Below are positions 29,204 to 40,174 of a stretch of 64,000 bases of DNA, piece by piece; the first letter of the stretch is position 1, and every line of letters starts with the position of its first letter. The stretch is taken from contig CAVZQC010000005.1 in assembly GCA_963777315.1 (NCBI GenBank), forward strand, positions 32,001 through 96,000, in the 5' to 3' direction. Both the position numbers and the translations under genes were made by a program. Under the pieces are notes generated by a model, which had not been told where the DNA came from, ran no database searches, and saw only the letters and a list, made by a program, of their open reading frames with translations. This DNA is from Vulcanimicrobiota bacterium. Lineage in GTDB: Bacteria > Vulcanimicrobiota > Vulcanimicrobiia > Vulcanimicrobiales > Vulcanimicrobiaceae.

Positions 29204-30513
29204 TGCCGGCCCGCGCGCTCGCGCTGCTTTTGGCCGCAGCCATGGCCGTGGGGACGCCCTGCGCTCGCGCTGCCGCGCCCGCCGGCCGCAACGTCACGGT
29301 GGTCCGCCAATCCGATTCGGGCGCCGATTTAGCCGGAGCGGAACTGCTGCTGCAAGCGGGCCTGGACCGCCAGTCGCCGCGTCAGAACGGGCTTGCCGCG
29401 CTGGTTGCCCAGGTAATCCTCGACACGCCGGTGTCGCCCGGCGGAGTTGCGCTCGAGAAGACTGTTGCCGGCGGCGGCGGCTCCATCGACTACGTCGTCG
29501 AGCCGCGGCACGTGCGTTTCTATCTCCAAGCGCTTCCGTCGTCGTTCGTGCCGTCGCTGGCGCAATTTCGCGCCGCGCTGGCCAAACCCGACTTCAGCGA
29601 TGCAACGCTGCGCGCAGCGCGCGCCTCGCTGGATCGAAAGCGTGCGCGAAATCAGCGGCTCGCGCTCAGCGTCGGCGTCGATATGCTCAACCGCGCCTTT
29701 TACAAAAATTCGGACGCCGGTCTGCCTCCGCTTGGAATGCCCCAAACCGTCGCAGGCTTTTCCGCCGCAGACGCAGCGGCATTTTACGCAGCGCACTACC
29801 GCCGCGGTGACGCCGTCGTGAGCGCCGTCGGAAAACTCTCCGCCGTGAACGACGCCGATTTCGCCGGGCTCGTCGACGGTTTGCCGGCGGGCACGTCGCC
29901 GACCATTGCGGTGCGCATGGCCGCGTTGCCGTCCAACTCGCAGCAGCTGATCGCTCATCGCGACGTTCCTGTGCCGTGGCTGGTGGCGCAGTATCCGGCT
30001 CCGGACTTGCGTAGCAAAGATTTCGGGGCAATGCTGATTCTCACCGCGTTCATGCAGCGCACCCTGGCGGACGTTTCGGAAGTGCCGTCGATTGCGACGC
30101 CTTCGGCAGCGCAGCGCGGTGTGGGTGCGTACTACAACTTCGACACCCATCCCGCGAACGTCATCATTTACGTCGACGGCGGTTTGGGCGATCCCACGCG
30201 TACGTTCGCAACCGCGCTGACGGTCGTCAACGTGCTGGGCCACGCCAAACTCGCCGGCGACTTGAATGAAATGCGGGCGTTCGCGGCCGGCCGGTTCTTG
30301 GAAAGCACGCAGTCGCTGCAGGACCGTGCATGGCTTGCCGGCGTGTTTGCAGCAACCGGTACGAACGGCGATCCGCTGGCGTCGATAGTCAAAGCCATCG
30401 ATTCCACCAACGCTACGGATCTTCAGCGCGTCGCACTGCACTATCTGGGCTCTCCGACCATTGCGCTGGTGCTGCCGCGTTCCCAGCCGACGGTTCAAAA
30501 CCCCACACCCTAG
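29200..30513 (+). CDS. Secreted M16 family non-catalytic subunit-like protein
   Basis: Signal peptide; AG.D.....NGLAALVAQ, FYAAHY...VVSAVG and DLQRVA..YL motifs. Confidence 0.75.
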   Translation: MMPARALALLLAAAMAVGTPCARAAAPAGRNVTVVRQSDSGADLAGAELLLQAGLDRQSPRQNGLAALVAQVILDTPVSPGGVALEKTVAGGGGSIDYVVEPRHVRFYLQALPSSFVPSLAQFRAALAKPDFSDATLRAARASLDRKRARNQRLALSVGVDMLNRAFYKNSDAGLPPLGMPQTVAGFSAADAAAFYAAHYRRGDAVVSAVGKLSAVNDADFAGLVDGLPAGTSPTIAVRMAALPSNSQQLIAHRDVPVPWLVAQYPAPDLRSKDFGAMLILTAFMQRTLADVSEVPSIATPSAAQRGVGAYYNFDTHPANVIIYVDGGLGDPTRTFATALTVVNVLGHAKLAGDLNEMRAFAAGRFLESTQSLQDRAWLAGVFAATGTNGDPLASIVKAIDSTNATDLQRVALHYLGSPTIALVLPRSQPTVQNPTP

Positions 30514-30519
30514 CGCATT

Positions 30520-31620
30520 TTGCGCGTCGCTCTAGTCCACGATTACCTCAATCAGCGCGGCGGCGCGGAACGCGTATTCGCGCACATCGCCCGGGCGTAT
30601 CCGCAGGCGCCCGTTTACACTGCGCTGTTCGATGCCCGCCAAACCGGCGACCTCGTCGACAGCTCGCGCGTACGCACCTCGTACCTGCAGAAAATTCCCG
30701 GCGCCGGCGCGCATTTTCGCTATCTCGCCCCGCTCTATCCGCGTGCATTCGAATCGTTCGATCTTTCGGCTTTCGACACGATTGTGAGCTCGACGACGGC
30801 CTGGGCCAAGGGGGTCGTCGTGCCGCGCGGTGCCGTCCACGTTTGCTACATCAACACGGTGAGCCGCTTTGCGTTCGCCTACGACGATTACGTTTCGCCG
30901 CTTCACCAAGGCGCGATGCAACGCTTCATTTCGCTGGCCGCGCGCCCGGTAGTCGCGCGGCTGGTTCGCTGGGACAGGCGCGCGGCGCAGCGTCCGACGG
31001 CGTTCGTTGCCAATTCACGCAACGTGGCCGAGCGCATCCGGCTGCATTACGGACGCGATGCCGCGGTGCTGCACTGCCCGGTCGACGTCGATCGCTTTAC
31101 CGTTGGGCCGGGCGGAGGCGAGTATTTTTTCATCGCTTCACGCCTGCTGCCGTACAAACGCATCGATCTCGCGATCCGCGCCGCGGCGTCGGCCGGCGTT
31201 CGGCTTTTCGTTGCGGGCACCGGCCCGGCTGAGGCTTCGCTGCGCGAGCTCGCGCGCGGCACGACCACGACGATGCTTGGATACGTCGACGACGCGGGGG
31301 TGAACGAACTGCTGGGTACCGCGCGGGCCGCGATCCTGCCCGGTGAAGAGGATTTCGGGCTCGTGCCGCTCGAGGCCGCGGCGTGCGGGCGGCCTACGAT
31401 TGCCTATCGCGCGGGCGGCGCCTTCGAAACGATCGTGCCCGGCGAGACGGGGGAGTTTTTCGAACGGCAAACCGTCCAGTCGCTCGCGCAGGCGCTGCGC
31501 GATTTCGACGAGCGACGCTACGATCCGCAGCGTTTGCGGGCGCACGCGCAGACGTTCGCGCCCGATCGCTTCATCGCTGCGCTCAAAGCGATCGTCGAAC
31601 GAACGCGAGCAGCGCTTTAG
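30520..31620 (+). CDS. GT4 family glycosyltransferase
   Basis: VHDYLNQRGGAER, SRLLPYKRID and EEDFGLVPLEA motifs; TTG start. Confidence 0.92.
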   Translation: MRVALVHDYLNQRGGAERVFAHIARAYPQAPVYTALFDARQTGDLVDSSRVRTSYLQKIPGAGAHFRYLAPLYPRAFESFDLSAFDTIVSSTTAWAKGVVVPRGAVHVCYINTVSRFAFAYDDYVSPLHQGAMQRFISLAARPVVARLVRWDRRAAQRPTAFVANSRNVAERIRLHYGRDAAVLHCPVDVDRFTVGPGGGEYFFIASRLLPYKRIDLAIRAAASAGVRLFVAGTGPAEASLRELARGTTTTMLGYVDDAGVNELLGTARAAILPGEEDFGLVPLEAAACGRPTIAYRAGGAFETIVPGETGEFFERQTVQSLAQALRDFDERRYDPQRLRAHAQTFAPDRFIAALKAIVERTRAAL

Positions 31621-32590
31621 CGGGCCCGTCCGCGTCCATGCGCGCGACGCGCCCCAGCCCGCGCTCGCGCAATTCTTTTCGCAACTGCGCGTTCGCATCG
31701 AGTTCGCGCAGCGCCGCAGTCCACGCGCGCTCGTCACGCGCCGCAACCAGCATGGCCGCCCCTGCGCAGGTTTCCGGAAGCGCAGCCGCATCGGCGGCTG
31801 CTACGGGAGCACCGCACGCCATCGCTTCAATCGCCGGCATGCCGAAGCCCTCGGCCAGCGATGGAACCAACACGGCACGCGCGGCGCGATACAGTTCGCG
31901 CAGCTGCTCGTCCGAGGGATGCACGCGCAGGTGCGGAGCGCGCATTGCTTGCAACACGCGCTCGTCCGTTTGGCTCAGCGCTCCGGCGACTACCAGAGTG
32001 GGGCCGCCGGACGCAAACGCCGCATCGTAGGCTGAAAAAAGCAGTTCGGCGTTCTTGCGCCGTTCGCAACCGCCCAAAAACAGCATGTAGGCTTGTTCGC
32101 ACAGCACCGTGGGCGGATGCCAGAACGGCGAGGGCGCGTTGGGGACGATGTCGATGCGCGCCGGATGCACGCCGGTTGCCTCCTGGAGCGCTCGCGACGT
32201 CCAGCGCGAAACGGCGAAGATTCGGTCGGAGCGTGCGAGCGCGCGGCGGATCGGCACCTGCTCGCGGCGCCGTCCGATAAAATCACGGCGCGGAAAGGTA
32301 AAAGCGAACGGATCGTGGATCGTGACGACGCTTGGCGCATGCGGCGCAAAGCGCATGCCGTTCCAAGGATACCACATGGCATCGAATCGTTCTGCGCGCA
32401 ACTCGCGTGCGGCGACGGTGCGGTACGGAAATTCCCGGCCAAGCGCGCGGGCTTGCGCGTTCGTGCGCGCGACGAGCGCTATTTCGCTGCCGTCCAAGCG
32501 TCCCAAACTCTGCAGCGTTTGGCGTACGAGCCGTCCCATGCCGCGCCGGTCCGACGCAAGGTTCCAGGCGTCGACGCCTAGACGGATCAC
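31583..32590 (-). CDS. GT4 family glycosyltransferase
   Basis: TIHD, RRKN and PSLAEGFGMPAIEAMACG motifs. Confidence 0.9.
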   Translation of the reverse strand: MIRLGVDAWNLASDRRGMGRLVRQTLQSLGRLDGSEIALVARTNAQARALGREFPYRTVAARELRAERFDAMWYPWNGMRFAPHAPSVVTIHDPFAFTFPRRDFIGRRREQVPIRRALARSDRIFAVSRWTSRALQEATGVHPARIDIVPNAPSPFWHPPTVLCEQAYMLFLGGCERRKNAELLFSAYDAAFASGGPTLVVAGALSQTDERVLQAMRAPHLRVHPSDEQLRELYRAARAVLVPSLAEGFGMPAIEAMACGAPVAAADAAALPETCAGAAMLVAARDERAWTAALRELDANAQLRKELRERGLGRVARMDADGPAKALLAFVRRSL

Positions 32591-33375
32591 TTGGCCAGCT
32601 GCGGCGCTACCGTGATCAGCAGTAAAGATAGACCGTTAAACGCGGCGTGCGTAATCATGTTCGACCACGCGCTGCCCGTCCGTACGTAGACGATGCACAG
32701 GATGATTCCTCCGACGGCCAGCGGTAAACTGAGCGCAACGAGCATTGCCGGCGTAAACGGCTGCTGGGCGTGAGCCAGTCCGAAAAGAATCGAGCTGACG
32801 ATCGCGCCCGGCCAGAAACCCCACCACTTGCGCATCGCGTTGAACAAAAAGATGCGAAACACGAACTCTTCGGTGACCGGCCCGACGACGATCGCGAACA
32901 CCGCAAAGAGCAGTTTTTCCCAGCCTTTCATGTGCAAAAAGATGGCCACGGCGAGCTCTTGAATCTTCAAGTGCAGCACGCTCGTCAGAATGGATCCCAG
33001 CGCCGTAACGACGACGAACATCGCGATGACGGCCAGCACGATTTTGCCGGTATCCCGAGCGGCCGGCCACTGCAGGCCCAGGCCGCGCAATCCCGTCTTG
33101 GCGATCGCCGGCAAAACCAGCAACAAGTACAGCACGAGCACGACTTCGGCGGCGGACTGCAGCTCGATCCCGAACAGGCCCATGAGCGATCGCTGCAGGC
33201 CCGCGACGTCGACGCCGCGTCCGACGAACCAAACGATGCCGCCGACGATGATCACCGCCAGAAACACGATCGCGCCGCCGAGCAGCGTGAGGATCGCGGC
33301 CGCCGGCCGGAAGGCGTTAGGCGCGAAGGCGATCCGCCAGGCGGGCGAAGTCGGCGATGGCGAGCTGTTCTCCAC
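32587..33375 (-). CDS. CPBP/Abi (CAAX protease-like) intramembrane metalloprotease
   Basis: EEFVFR, FGLAH and H..FN motifs; multiple TM segments; GGAG RBS before GTG 33375. Confidence 0.88.
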   Translation of the reverse strand: MENSSPSPTSPAWRIAFAPNAFRPAAAILTLLGGAIVFLAVIIVGGIVWFVGRGVDVAGLQRSLMGLFGIELQSAAEVVLVLYLLLVLPAIAKTGLRGLGLQWPAARDTGKIVLAVIAMFVVVTALGSILTSVLHLKIQELAVAIFLHMKGWEKLLFAVFAIVVGPVTEEFVFRIFLFNAMRKWWGFWPGAIVSSILFGLAHAQQPFTPAMLVALSLPLAVGGIILCIVYVRTGSAWSNMITHAAFNGLSLLLITVAPQLAK

Positions 33376-34153
33376 GTATCTCCGTATCCAGGCCGACGTC
33401 TCGTAATGCCTGCGCAGCCGACGCGCGCGGAACGCGCAGCGAGAGCGCAAGACTGTTGGCCAGTGTTTTCCGGCGGTACGCGAACGCCGCGCGCGCGACC
33501 TGCAGAAACCAGCGTTCGTCGCTCACGGCAACCGCGGGCGCCTCTCTTCGTACCAAAAGCAGCACCGCCGATTCGATCTTGGGGCGGGGGTAAAACGCGT
33601 CGGGACTCAAGCTGAAGACTTTCTCGATGCGCATTGCGTACTGCGCGGCAACGCTCAAGCTTCCGTATGCGGGCGTCGACGGCCGCGCGCGCAAGCGGTC
33701 CGCAACCTCTTTTTGAACCATCACGGCGAGCAGCCGCGGCCCGTTGCGCAATTCGATCAGCCGCATGATCAGCGGCGTTGCGATGTTGTACGGCAGATTG
33801 CCGGCCATGCGCCAGGGCTGATCCTGCGCGAAAGCGGCGTAGTCGAACGCAAGCGCATCGGCTTGCACGATATGCGCCGCGCGCAGTTCCGGGCGCGATC
33901 GCACGATGCGCACCATGCCTGGATCGACTTCGATCGCAGTGACGTGCGCGCCGGCATCCAAGAGCGCTTGGGTAAGCTGTCCGGTTCCGGGGCCGATCTC
34001 AAGCACGCGCACTTCGCCGGACGGTTCGCGATCGCCGCCGCTGCACGCGAGCTGCGCGATACGCGCCGCCGCACCGCGATCCACGAGAAAGTGCTGCCCT
34101 AGGCGTTTCTTGGGCCGGTATCCGAACTGCTCGAGCAGCGCTCGCGGATGCAT
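33317..34153 (-). CDS. rsmA: 16S rRNA m6,6A dimethyltransferase
   Basis: KKRLGQHFL, EIGPGTG, GNLPYNI, QKEVA and RRKTL motifs. Confidence 0.95.
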   Translation of the reverse strand: MHPRALLEQFGYRPKKRLGQHFLVDRGAAARIAQLACSGGDREPSGEVRVLEIGPGTGQLTQALLDAGAHVTAIEVDPGMVRIVRSRPELRAAHIVQADALAFDYAAFAQDQPWRMAGNLPYNIATPLIMRLIELRNGPRLLAVMVQKEVADRLRARPSTPAYGSLSVAAQYAMRIEKVFSLSPDAFYPRPKIESAVLLLVRREAPAVAVSDERWFLQVARAAFAYRRKTLANSLALSLRVPRASAAQALRDVGLDTEIRGEQLAIADFARLADRLRA

Positions 34154-34172
34154 GTGAGAGCGCCGCTTCTCG

Positions 34173-35207
34173 TCAGCGCAGTTTAAAGACCTTTACTGCG
34201 CGCCGTCCGAACGCCATGGCATCGGACAGCGAGTTGAACCCCAAATCGATGCGATGCCCGACGATTGCGCCGCCCGTGTCGCCTGCAATCGCGAATCCAT
34301 AACCGGGAATGTAGAGTTTGCTGCCGAGCGGGATTATGCGCGGATCGACCGCGACGATTCCCTGTCCGGCGCGATAGCCCCCCGCGGTGTATCCGTCGCA
34401 CCCACTGCACTGCGCGGTGTAAGCGGTCGCCACCATATCGAGCGCGGCTGCCGCCAGATACGACGTTTTTTGCAGTCCGTGCCGGCCGAACTGCGCGATG
34501 GCGGCGTTGGTTCCGACGCCGTCGGCGACCACGCGCGCTCGCGGTTTGCGAACGAGTCGCCGGCTGACGACGTGCTTATGCAGCGTGCCGTCGGTTTTGG
34601 TGTAATCGACCATCGTGAGCGTCAAACCGGCTTGCCCGGCATTGACGATTTTGCTGCGTCCGGGCGGCAGAGAAAAATCGATCTCGTGCACCGTGCGCTG
34701 GGCGACGTGGTGCTTTTCGGTCGCAACCCATCGCACTATGCGCGCGATGCGAATCGTCGCGCCCGCCACAATCGGATCGGCCAGCGAGGGCCGAACGATG
34801 TCGTGCGGACCCAGCTGGATGCCTTGCTGTTCGAGCAGCGCGCCGACGTCGCCGGCGTTCGTGACGATAGTCGTAGTGCCGGACGCAGTTCTCAATTTGA
34901 CGGACACCGCGGGAGAATAGTCTATCGTCAAATTATCCGTCACCGGCGTATCCAAAGCCGGGTGCACGTAGTCTTGCGCACCGGGCGCGATGCCTCGCTC
35001 CGTGAGAAAATCCCCGACGGTTTTCGCTGCGGTGACGTGCCGGCTGGCAGTTCCCTGCGACTCGAAAATCACCACGTGGCCGGCGTTCGCCTGGAGCGCC
35101 GCGGCTGCGGCCAACGCCGGCTCACCGACGAAACACGCGCTTGCCAAAGCTATGCCCAGAACGGCGGCGAGAAGATGATTGATGCGGTTGACGCTGCGTC
35201 CGAGCAA
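34173..35207 (-). CDS. DUF348 + G5 + 3D-domain cell-wall protein (YabE-like)
   Basis: TVGDFL.E.GI repeats, a G5-like segment, and 3D motifs ATAY, VAVDPRIIPLGS, DTGGAI..RID. AAAGGAG RBS before TTG 35207. Confidence 0.88.
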   Translation of the reverse strand: MLGRSVNRINHLLAAVLGIALASACFVGEPALAAAAALQANAGHVVIFESQGTASRHVTAAKTVGDFLTERGIAPGAQDYVHPALDTPVTDNLTIDYSPAVSVKLRTASGTTTIVTNAGDVGALLEQQGIQLGPHDIVRPSLADPIVAGATIRIARIVRWVATEKHHVAQRTVHEIDFSLPPGRSKIVNAGQAGLTLTMVDYTKTDGTLHKHVVSRRLVRKPRARVVADGVGTNAAIAQFGRHGLQKTSYLAAAALDMVATAYTAQCSGCDGYTAGGYRAGQGIVAVDPRIIPLGSKLYIPGYGFAIAGDTGGAIVGHRIDLGFNSLSDAMAFGRRAVKVFKLR

Positions 35208-35414
35208 CCCAACTCCTTTCCTGGCGGAACGCACGGCGGGGCCGAGGGCCGCTCCAAACCGGCAAGCCGGAGGGAGGGCCGGAAAGCGGCGATGCGATCC
35301 GTGGAGACAGTACATTGGCGGCGCGTCACCGGCGCATACCGACGCGCCGTGGCGACCACGAGCTCCTGTCCCGGCACTGTGCGGCCGGACAGGACTGACC
35401 CGCGGACTATATCA
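35208..35414 (-). promoter_or_regulatory. Extended -10 promoter and long structured 5' leader of the 3D-domain gene
   Basis: TGaTATAGT (-10 at 35406-35411); hairpins at 35364-35394, 35320-35348 and 35247-35280. Confidence 0.5.
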
Positions 35415-35528
35415 CGCCTTTACAAAGCGGCGTATACGGCTAAAGTCACAGCACTGCTCGGGACCAAGCTTGCGGTTTGCGTGCGTTCCGAGGCCTGCGC
35501 CGGGCGGGTACATAACCTTCGGCCAAGC

Positions 35529-36692
35529 ATGCGCGTCGGATTTTTCACCGAGGTCTACCACCCCATCGTCAACGGCATCGTCGCTTCAATCGACGGTCTG
35601 GCCGAGGGTTTGCGCGCGCTGGGGCACCAAGTGTACTGCTTCACCCCGCGCGTTCCGGGCTACGTCGAAAACGACGGCCCCGTTTACCGCATGCCTTCGC
35701 TGCCGCTTCCGATTTCCACGCCGTATCGTTTGACGGTGCCGCTGGTGAGCCGCCGCAACCGGCATGCGATCGTCAATCGTCTGAACGTGCTGCACGCGCA
35801 TTCCCCATTCGTGACGGGCTGGATGGCGGTGCGCTACGCTCGCCGGCTGCGCATTCCGTTGGTCTACACCTATCACACGCGCTTGGAAGAGTACGCGCAT
35901 TACGTGCCCTTCGACGCAAATGCCACGCGGCGCGCCGCGGCTACGCTCACGCGAAACTTTGCCAATCTGGCCGACGCAGTCATCGTTCCGACGCCGGCGA
36001 TGCGCGAACGCTTGGCCGAGCTGGGCGTTACCTCCGCGGTCGAGGTCGTTCCCAGCGGAATCGATCTGCGCCGGTTCGGAGCCGGAAAGCGCAGCGCCAA
36101 ACTGCGGGCTTCGCTCAACGTCGGGCCCGGCGAGCGGCTCTTCGTTTTCGTTTCGCGCTTAGCGCGCGAAAAGAACATCGAAGTTCTCATCGAAGCGCTT
36201 GCGCTTTGCCCGATTCCGGCGCGTCTGGCCCTCGCGGGCGACGGCCCGGAGCGCCAAGCGCTGGCGGATTTGGCGTCCCGCCTGGGGGTCCTGGACCGCG
36301 TGGCTTTCCTAGGCTCGATAGAGCGAGAGCGCCTGCCCGACCTGTACGCGAGCGCGGACGCTTTCGTGTTCGCGAGCATGACCGAAACGCAGGGTCTGGT
36401 TTTGGCCGAAGCGCTTGCGGCCGGGGCCCTCGTGGTAGCGGCGGACGCCCCGCAGATTCGCGAAGTGCTCGGGGACGCAGGCCGGGTAGTAGAGCCGTCC
36501 GCAAAGGCGCTCGCGGCTGCGATGGCCGCCGTTCCCGTCGAGCCGGACGGCGTGAAAGCGGTCGCGGCACGGGCTGCCGCCGGGCGCTTCGGCATCGAGG
36601 AGCAAGCTCGTAAAGTCGCCGCGATCTATGCCAGGCTTCACGAGCCGGCCTTGGGGACTTCGGTAGTTGACTCGAACATATGTTCGATATAA
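35529..36692 (+). CDS. GT4 glycosyltransferase (diacylglycerol glucosyltransferase-like)
   Basis: MRVGFFTEVYHP.VNG, HAHSPF, YTYHT, SRLAREKN and ETQGLVLAEA motifs. Confidence 0.9.
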   Translation: MRVGFFTEVYHPIVNGIVASIDGLAEGLRALGHQVYCFTPRVPGYVENDGPVYRMPSLPLPISTPYRLTVPLVSRRNRHAIVNRLNVLHAHSPFVTGWMAVRYARRLRIPLVYTYHTRLEEYAHYVPFDANATRRAAATLTRNFANLADAVIVPTPAMRERLAELGVTSAVEVVPSGIDLRRFGAGKRSAKLRASLNVGPGERLFVFVSRLAREKNIEVLIEALALCPIPARLALAGDGPERQALADLASRLGVLDRVAFLGSIERERLPDLYASADAFVFASMTETQGLVLAEALAAGALVVAADAPQIREVLGDAGRVVEPSAKALAAAMAAVPVEPDGVKAVAARAAAGRFGIEEQARKVAAIYARLHEPALGTSVVDSNICSI

Positions 36693-36695
36693 AAT
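36667..36695 (+). promoter_or_regulatory. Sigma70-type promoter with a LexA (SOS) box in the spacer
   Basis: TTGACT (36667-72), 17 nt, TAAAAT (36690-95); perfect palindrome TCGAACATATGTTCGA at 36672-36687. Confidence 0.85.
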
Positions 36696-36701
36696 ACGTC
36701 C

Positions 36702-37136
36702 ATGGACCATTTTTCAGCTTCGGGCAAGGGCGGCGTGACGGCCGTCGGCATCGGTTTCGCGGCGGATGCGCACGGCAACGGCGTATGTTACGTGCGCATG
36801 GGCGGGTCCGCCGGGCAAGTCCTTCGGGTGCCGTTCTCGGTCAAGCGCTGTCCCGCACTCTGCGAGCGGGAAGTCGGCTATGCGGCCCTGCAGAGCGCGC
36901 TGACAGCGCTGCGGCGGCTCGGCCCGCACCGAATCCGGGTAGTCGTCGACGACGCGCGTTTGGCCGGAGACCTGCGCGAGCGTCGCGACGTGCCGGCGGC
37001 TCTGGGTCTGGCGTACGTGAAGTTGCGGTGTGCGCTCAACCAATTTCACGAGTACGCAATCGACGGTTCATCCAAAAGCGCGCGCGATCTCACCGCGCGC
37101 GCCCGATCCGAGATCGCGATGCAGGCGGCGGCCTAA
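36702..37136 (+). CDS. Degenerate RNase HI-like protein, probably SOS-regulated
   Basis: EREVGYAAL..AL..L..LG...I.V.VDD..L..DL and LAY..L...L..F align by eye with RNase HI; most acidic catalytic residues are missing. Confidence 0.75.
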   Translation: MDHFSASGKGGVTAVGIGFAADAHGNGVCYVRMGGSAGQVLRVPFSVKRCPALCEREVGYAALQSALTALRRLGPHRIRVVVDDARLAGDLRERRDVPAALGLAYVKLRCALNQFHEYAIDGSSKSARDLTARARSEIAMQAAA

Positions 37137-37180
37137 CGCGAGTCTTGCCCGGCGCGTCGCCGAGCGCAACGCGTTAGCGC

Positions 37181-37780
37181 GTGCCGCGGTACCGTCGCCT
37201 GGGAACGGCGGAACTGCCCGTGGGTACCGTCGCGCTCGCCAAAGCTTTGATCGGATGCGCGCTCGTCCGTGACTGCCCGGAAGGGCGCACCGCGGGCCGG
37301 ATCGTCGAAACGGAAGCGTACGTCCTCGGCGATCCGGCCTCGCACGCGTATTCGGGACCGAGCAAACGCAACGCGTCGATGTTCCTTTCGCCGTTTCACG
37401 CCTATGTGTACAAGATCTACGGCACGTCGTTCTGCGTGAACGTGTCCAGCGAACCGGCCGGGCTTGGTGCGGCGGTCTTGATTCGCGCGTTGGAACCGCT
37501 CGAAGGCCTTCGTATAATGGAAGATCGCCGCAGCACGACGCGCGTGCGCGATCTCGCGCGCGGGCCGGGACGCTTGTGTCAAGCGCTCGACGTCGACTTA
37601 CGGCTCGACGGCGCGAACCTGATCGACGACCGCGGGCTATGGTTGGCAGCCGCCCCGGCGACCTCGCCGGACGTCGGCGCCGGCGTTCGCATCGGTTTGA
37701 CCAAGGCCGCGGAACGTTTGCTGCGATTTTACGAACGCGGCAACCCGTTCGTATCGGGCCCAAAGCGCCTCTCGCCCTAG
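37181..37780 (+). CDS. mpg: DNA-3-methyladenine glycosylase (AAG/MPG)
   Basis: GRIVETEAY, DPASHA, AVLIRALEP, GPGRLCQAL and RIG motifs. Confidence 0.93.
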   Translation: MPRYRRLGTAELPVGTVALAKALIGCALVRDCPEGRTAGRIVETEAYVLGDPASHAYSGPSKRNASMFLSPFHAYVYKIYGTSFCVNVSSEPAGLGAAVLIRALEPLEGLRIMEDRRSTTRVRDLARGPGRLCQALDVDLRLDGANLIDDRGLWLAAAPATSPDVGAGVRIGLTKAAERLLRFYERGNPFVSGPKRLSP

Positions 37781-37803
37781 GGAACCTCTATTGCCTCGAA
37801 GCG

Positions 37804-37832
37804 TTGCGCGCCGGCTGGGGCTGTGTTATAGT
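37804..37832 (+). promoter_or_regulatory. Putative sigma70 promoter of rho
   Basis: TTGCGC, 17 nt, TATAGT with an extended TG. Confidence 0.55.
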
Positions 37833-37900
37833 TTGCTCGTTCCTCACCGCTCACGTCACGACGAAATCTCGCGGCAGCCTCGCCCGATCTTTTTTCGCGT

Positions 37901-39361
<1,461 letters not shown>

Positions 39362-39391
39362 TCCTCGTTGGAGCACGTTCGCCATCGAATC

Positions 39392-39417
39392 GCAAAACCG
39401 CATCCGTGCGGTTTTGC
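39392..39417 (+). terminator. Hairpin downstream of rho
   Basis: GCAAAACCGCA-TCCG-TGCGGTTTTGC, a perfect 11-bp stem. Confidence 0.55.
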
Positions 39418-39438
39418 TGCTTTAGTGGTTAGGGCTCG

Positions 39439-40167
39439 TTGAGCGATCGGATGCGGCTGCACAAATTCCTCGCGCATGCCGGCGTCGCGTCGCGGCGCGC
39501 CGCGGAGCAGCTGATCGCCGCGGGCAAAGTCCGCGTGAACGGCACGGTCGTGCGCGAGCTCGGAACGATCGTCGGCAGCGAAGATCGCGTCGACGTCGGC
39601 GGCGCTGCCGTCGCGCTCGCGGCGCAGCCGACGTACCTCGTCATGCACAAGCCGGCGGGCGTCATGACGACGATGCGCGATCCGCAAGGGCGGCGCACCG
39701 TCGCGGATCTGCTGCCCAAAGGGCTCGCGCGCATCGTCCCGGTCGGCCGTTTGGATTACGAAACCTCGGGCGTGCTGCTGCTCACCAACGACGGCGAGCT
39801 GGCCAACGTCCTCACCCACCCGCGTTTCGGCGTCGAGAAGACGTACCGCGCCGTGGTGCGGGGGCGGCTCGAGCCTGAGGCGATCCGACGGCTGCAAAGC
39901 GGGGTATGGCTTGACGAGTTCCGCGCGGGCGGCGCGCGCGTGCGCGTCGTCGCAGTTCGTCGAGACGCCTGCGTTTTGGATATAACGATTCATGAAGGCA
40001 AAAACCGGCAGGTACGCCGGATGTTTGAAGCCGTAGGACATCCGGTGGCGGCGCTGGCGCGTTTGCGCTTCGGTCCGCTCAAACTGGGAAATTTGCCTGC
40101 GGGGCACACCCGCGAACCGACGGATCGGGAACTCGCAAAACTGCGCCGTCTGCTTACGCCGCCATAG
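39439..40167 (+). CDS. rluB: rRNA pseudouridine synthase (RluB/RsuA family)
   Basis: S4 domain [25 protein letters not shown] and [10 protein letters not shown] motifs. Confidence 0.88.
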   Translation: MSDRMRLHKFLAHAGVASRRAAEQLIAAGKVRVNGTVVRELGTIVGSEDRVDVGGAAVALAAQPTYLVMHKPAGVMTTMRDPQGRRTVADLLPKGLARIVPVGRLDYETSGVLLLTNDGELANVLTHPRFGVEKTYRAVVRGRLEPEAIRRLQSGVWLDEFRAGGARVRVVAVRRDACVLDITIHEGKNRQVRRMFEAVGHPVAALARLRFGPLKLGNLPAGHTREPTDRELAKLRRLLTPP

Positions 40168-40174
40168 GAAATCA

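Noticed and set aside
35208..35400. c-di-AMP (ydaO) riboswitch call
   Set aside because: The conserved ydaO elements are not recognisable; kept only as an unassigned leader.
34254..35528. N-terminal half of the 812-aa ORF
   Set aside because: Antisense to the 3D-domain gene; the glycosyltransferase starts at 35529.
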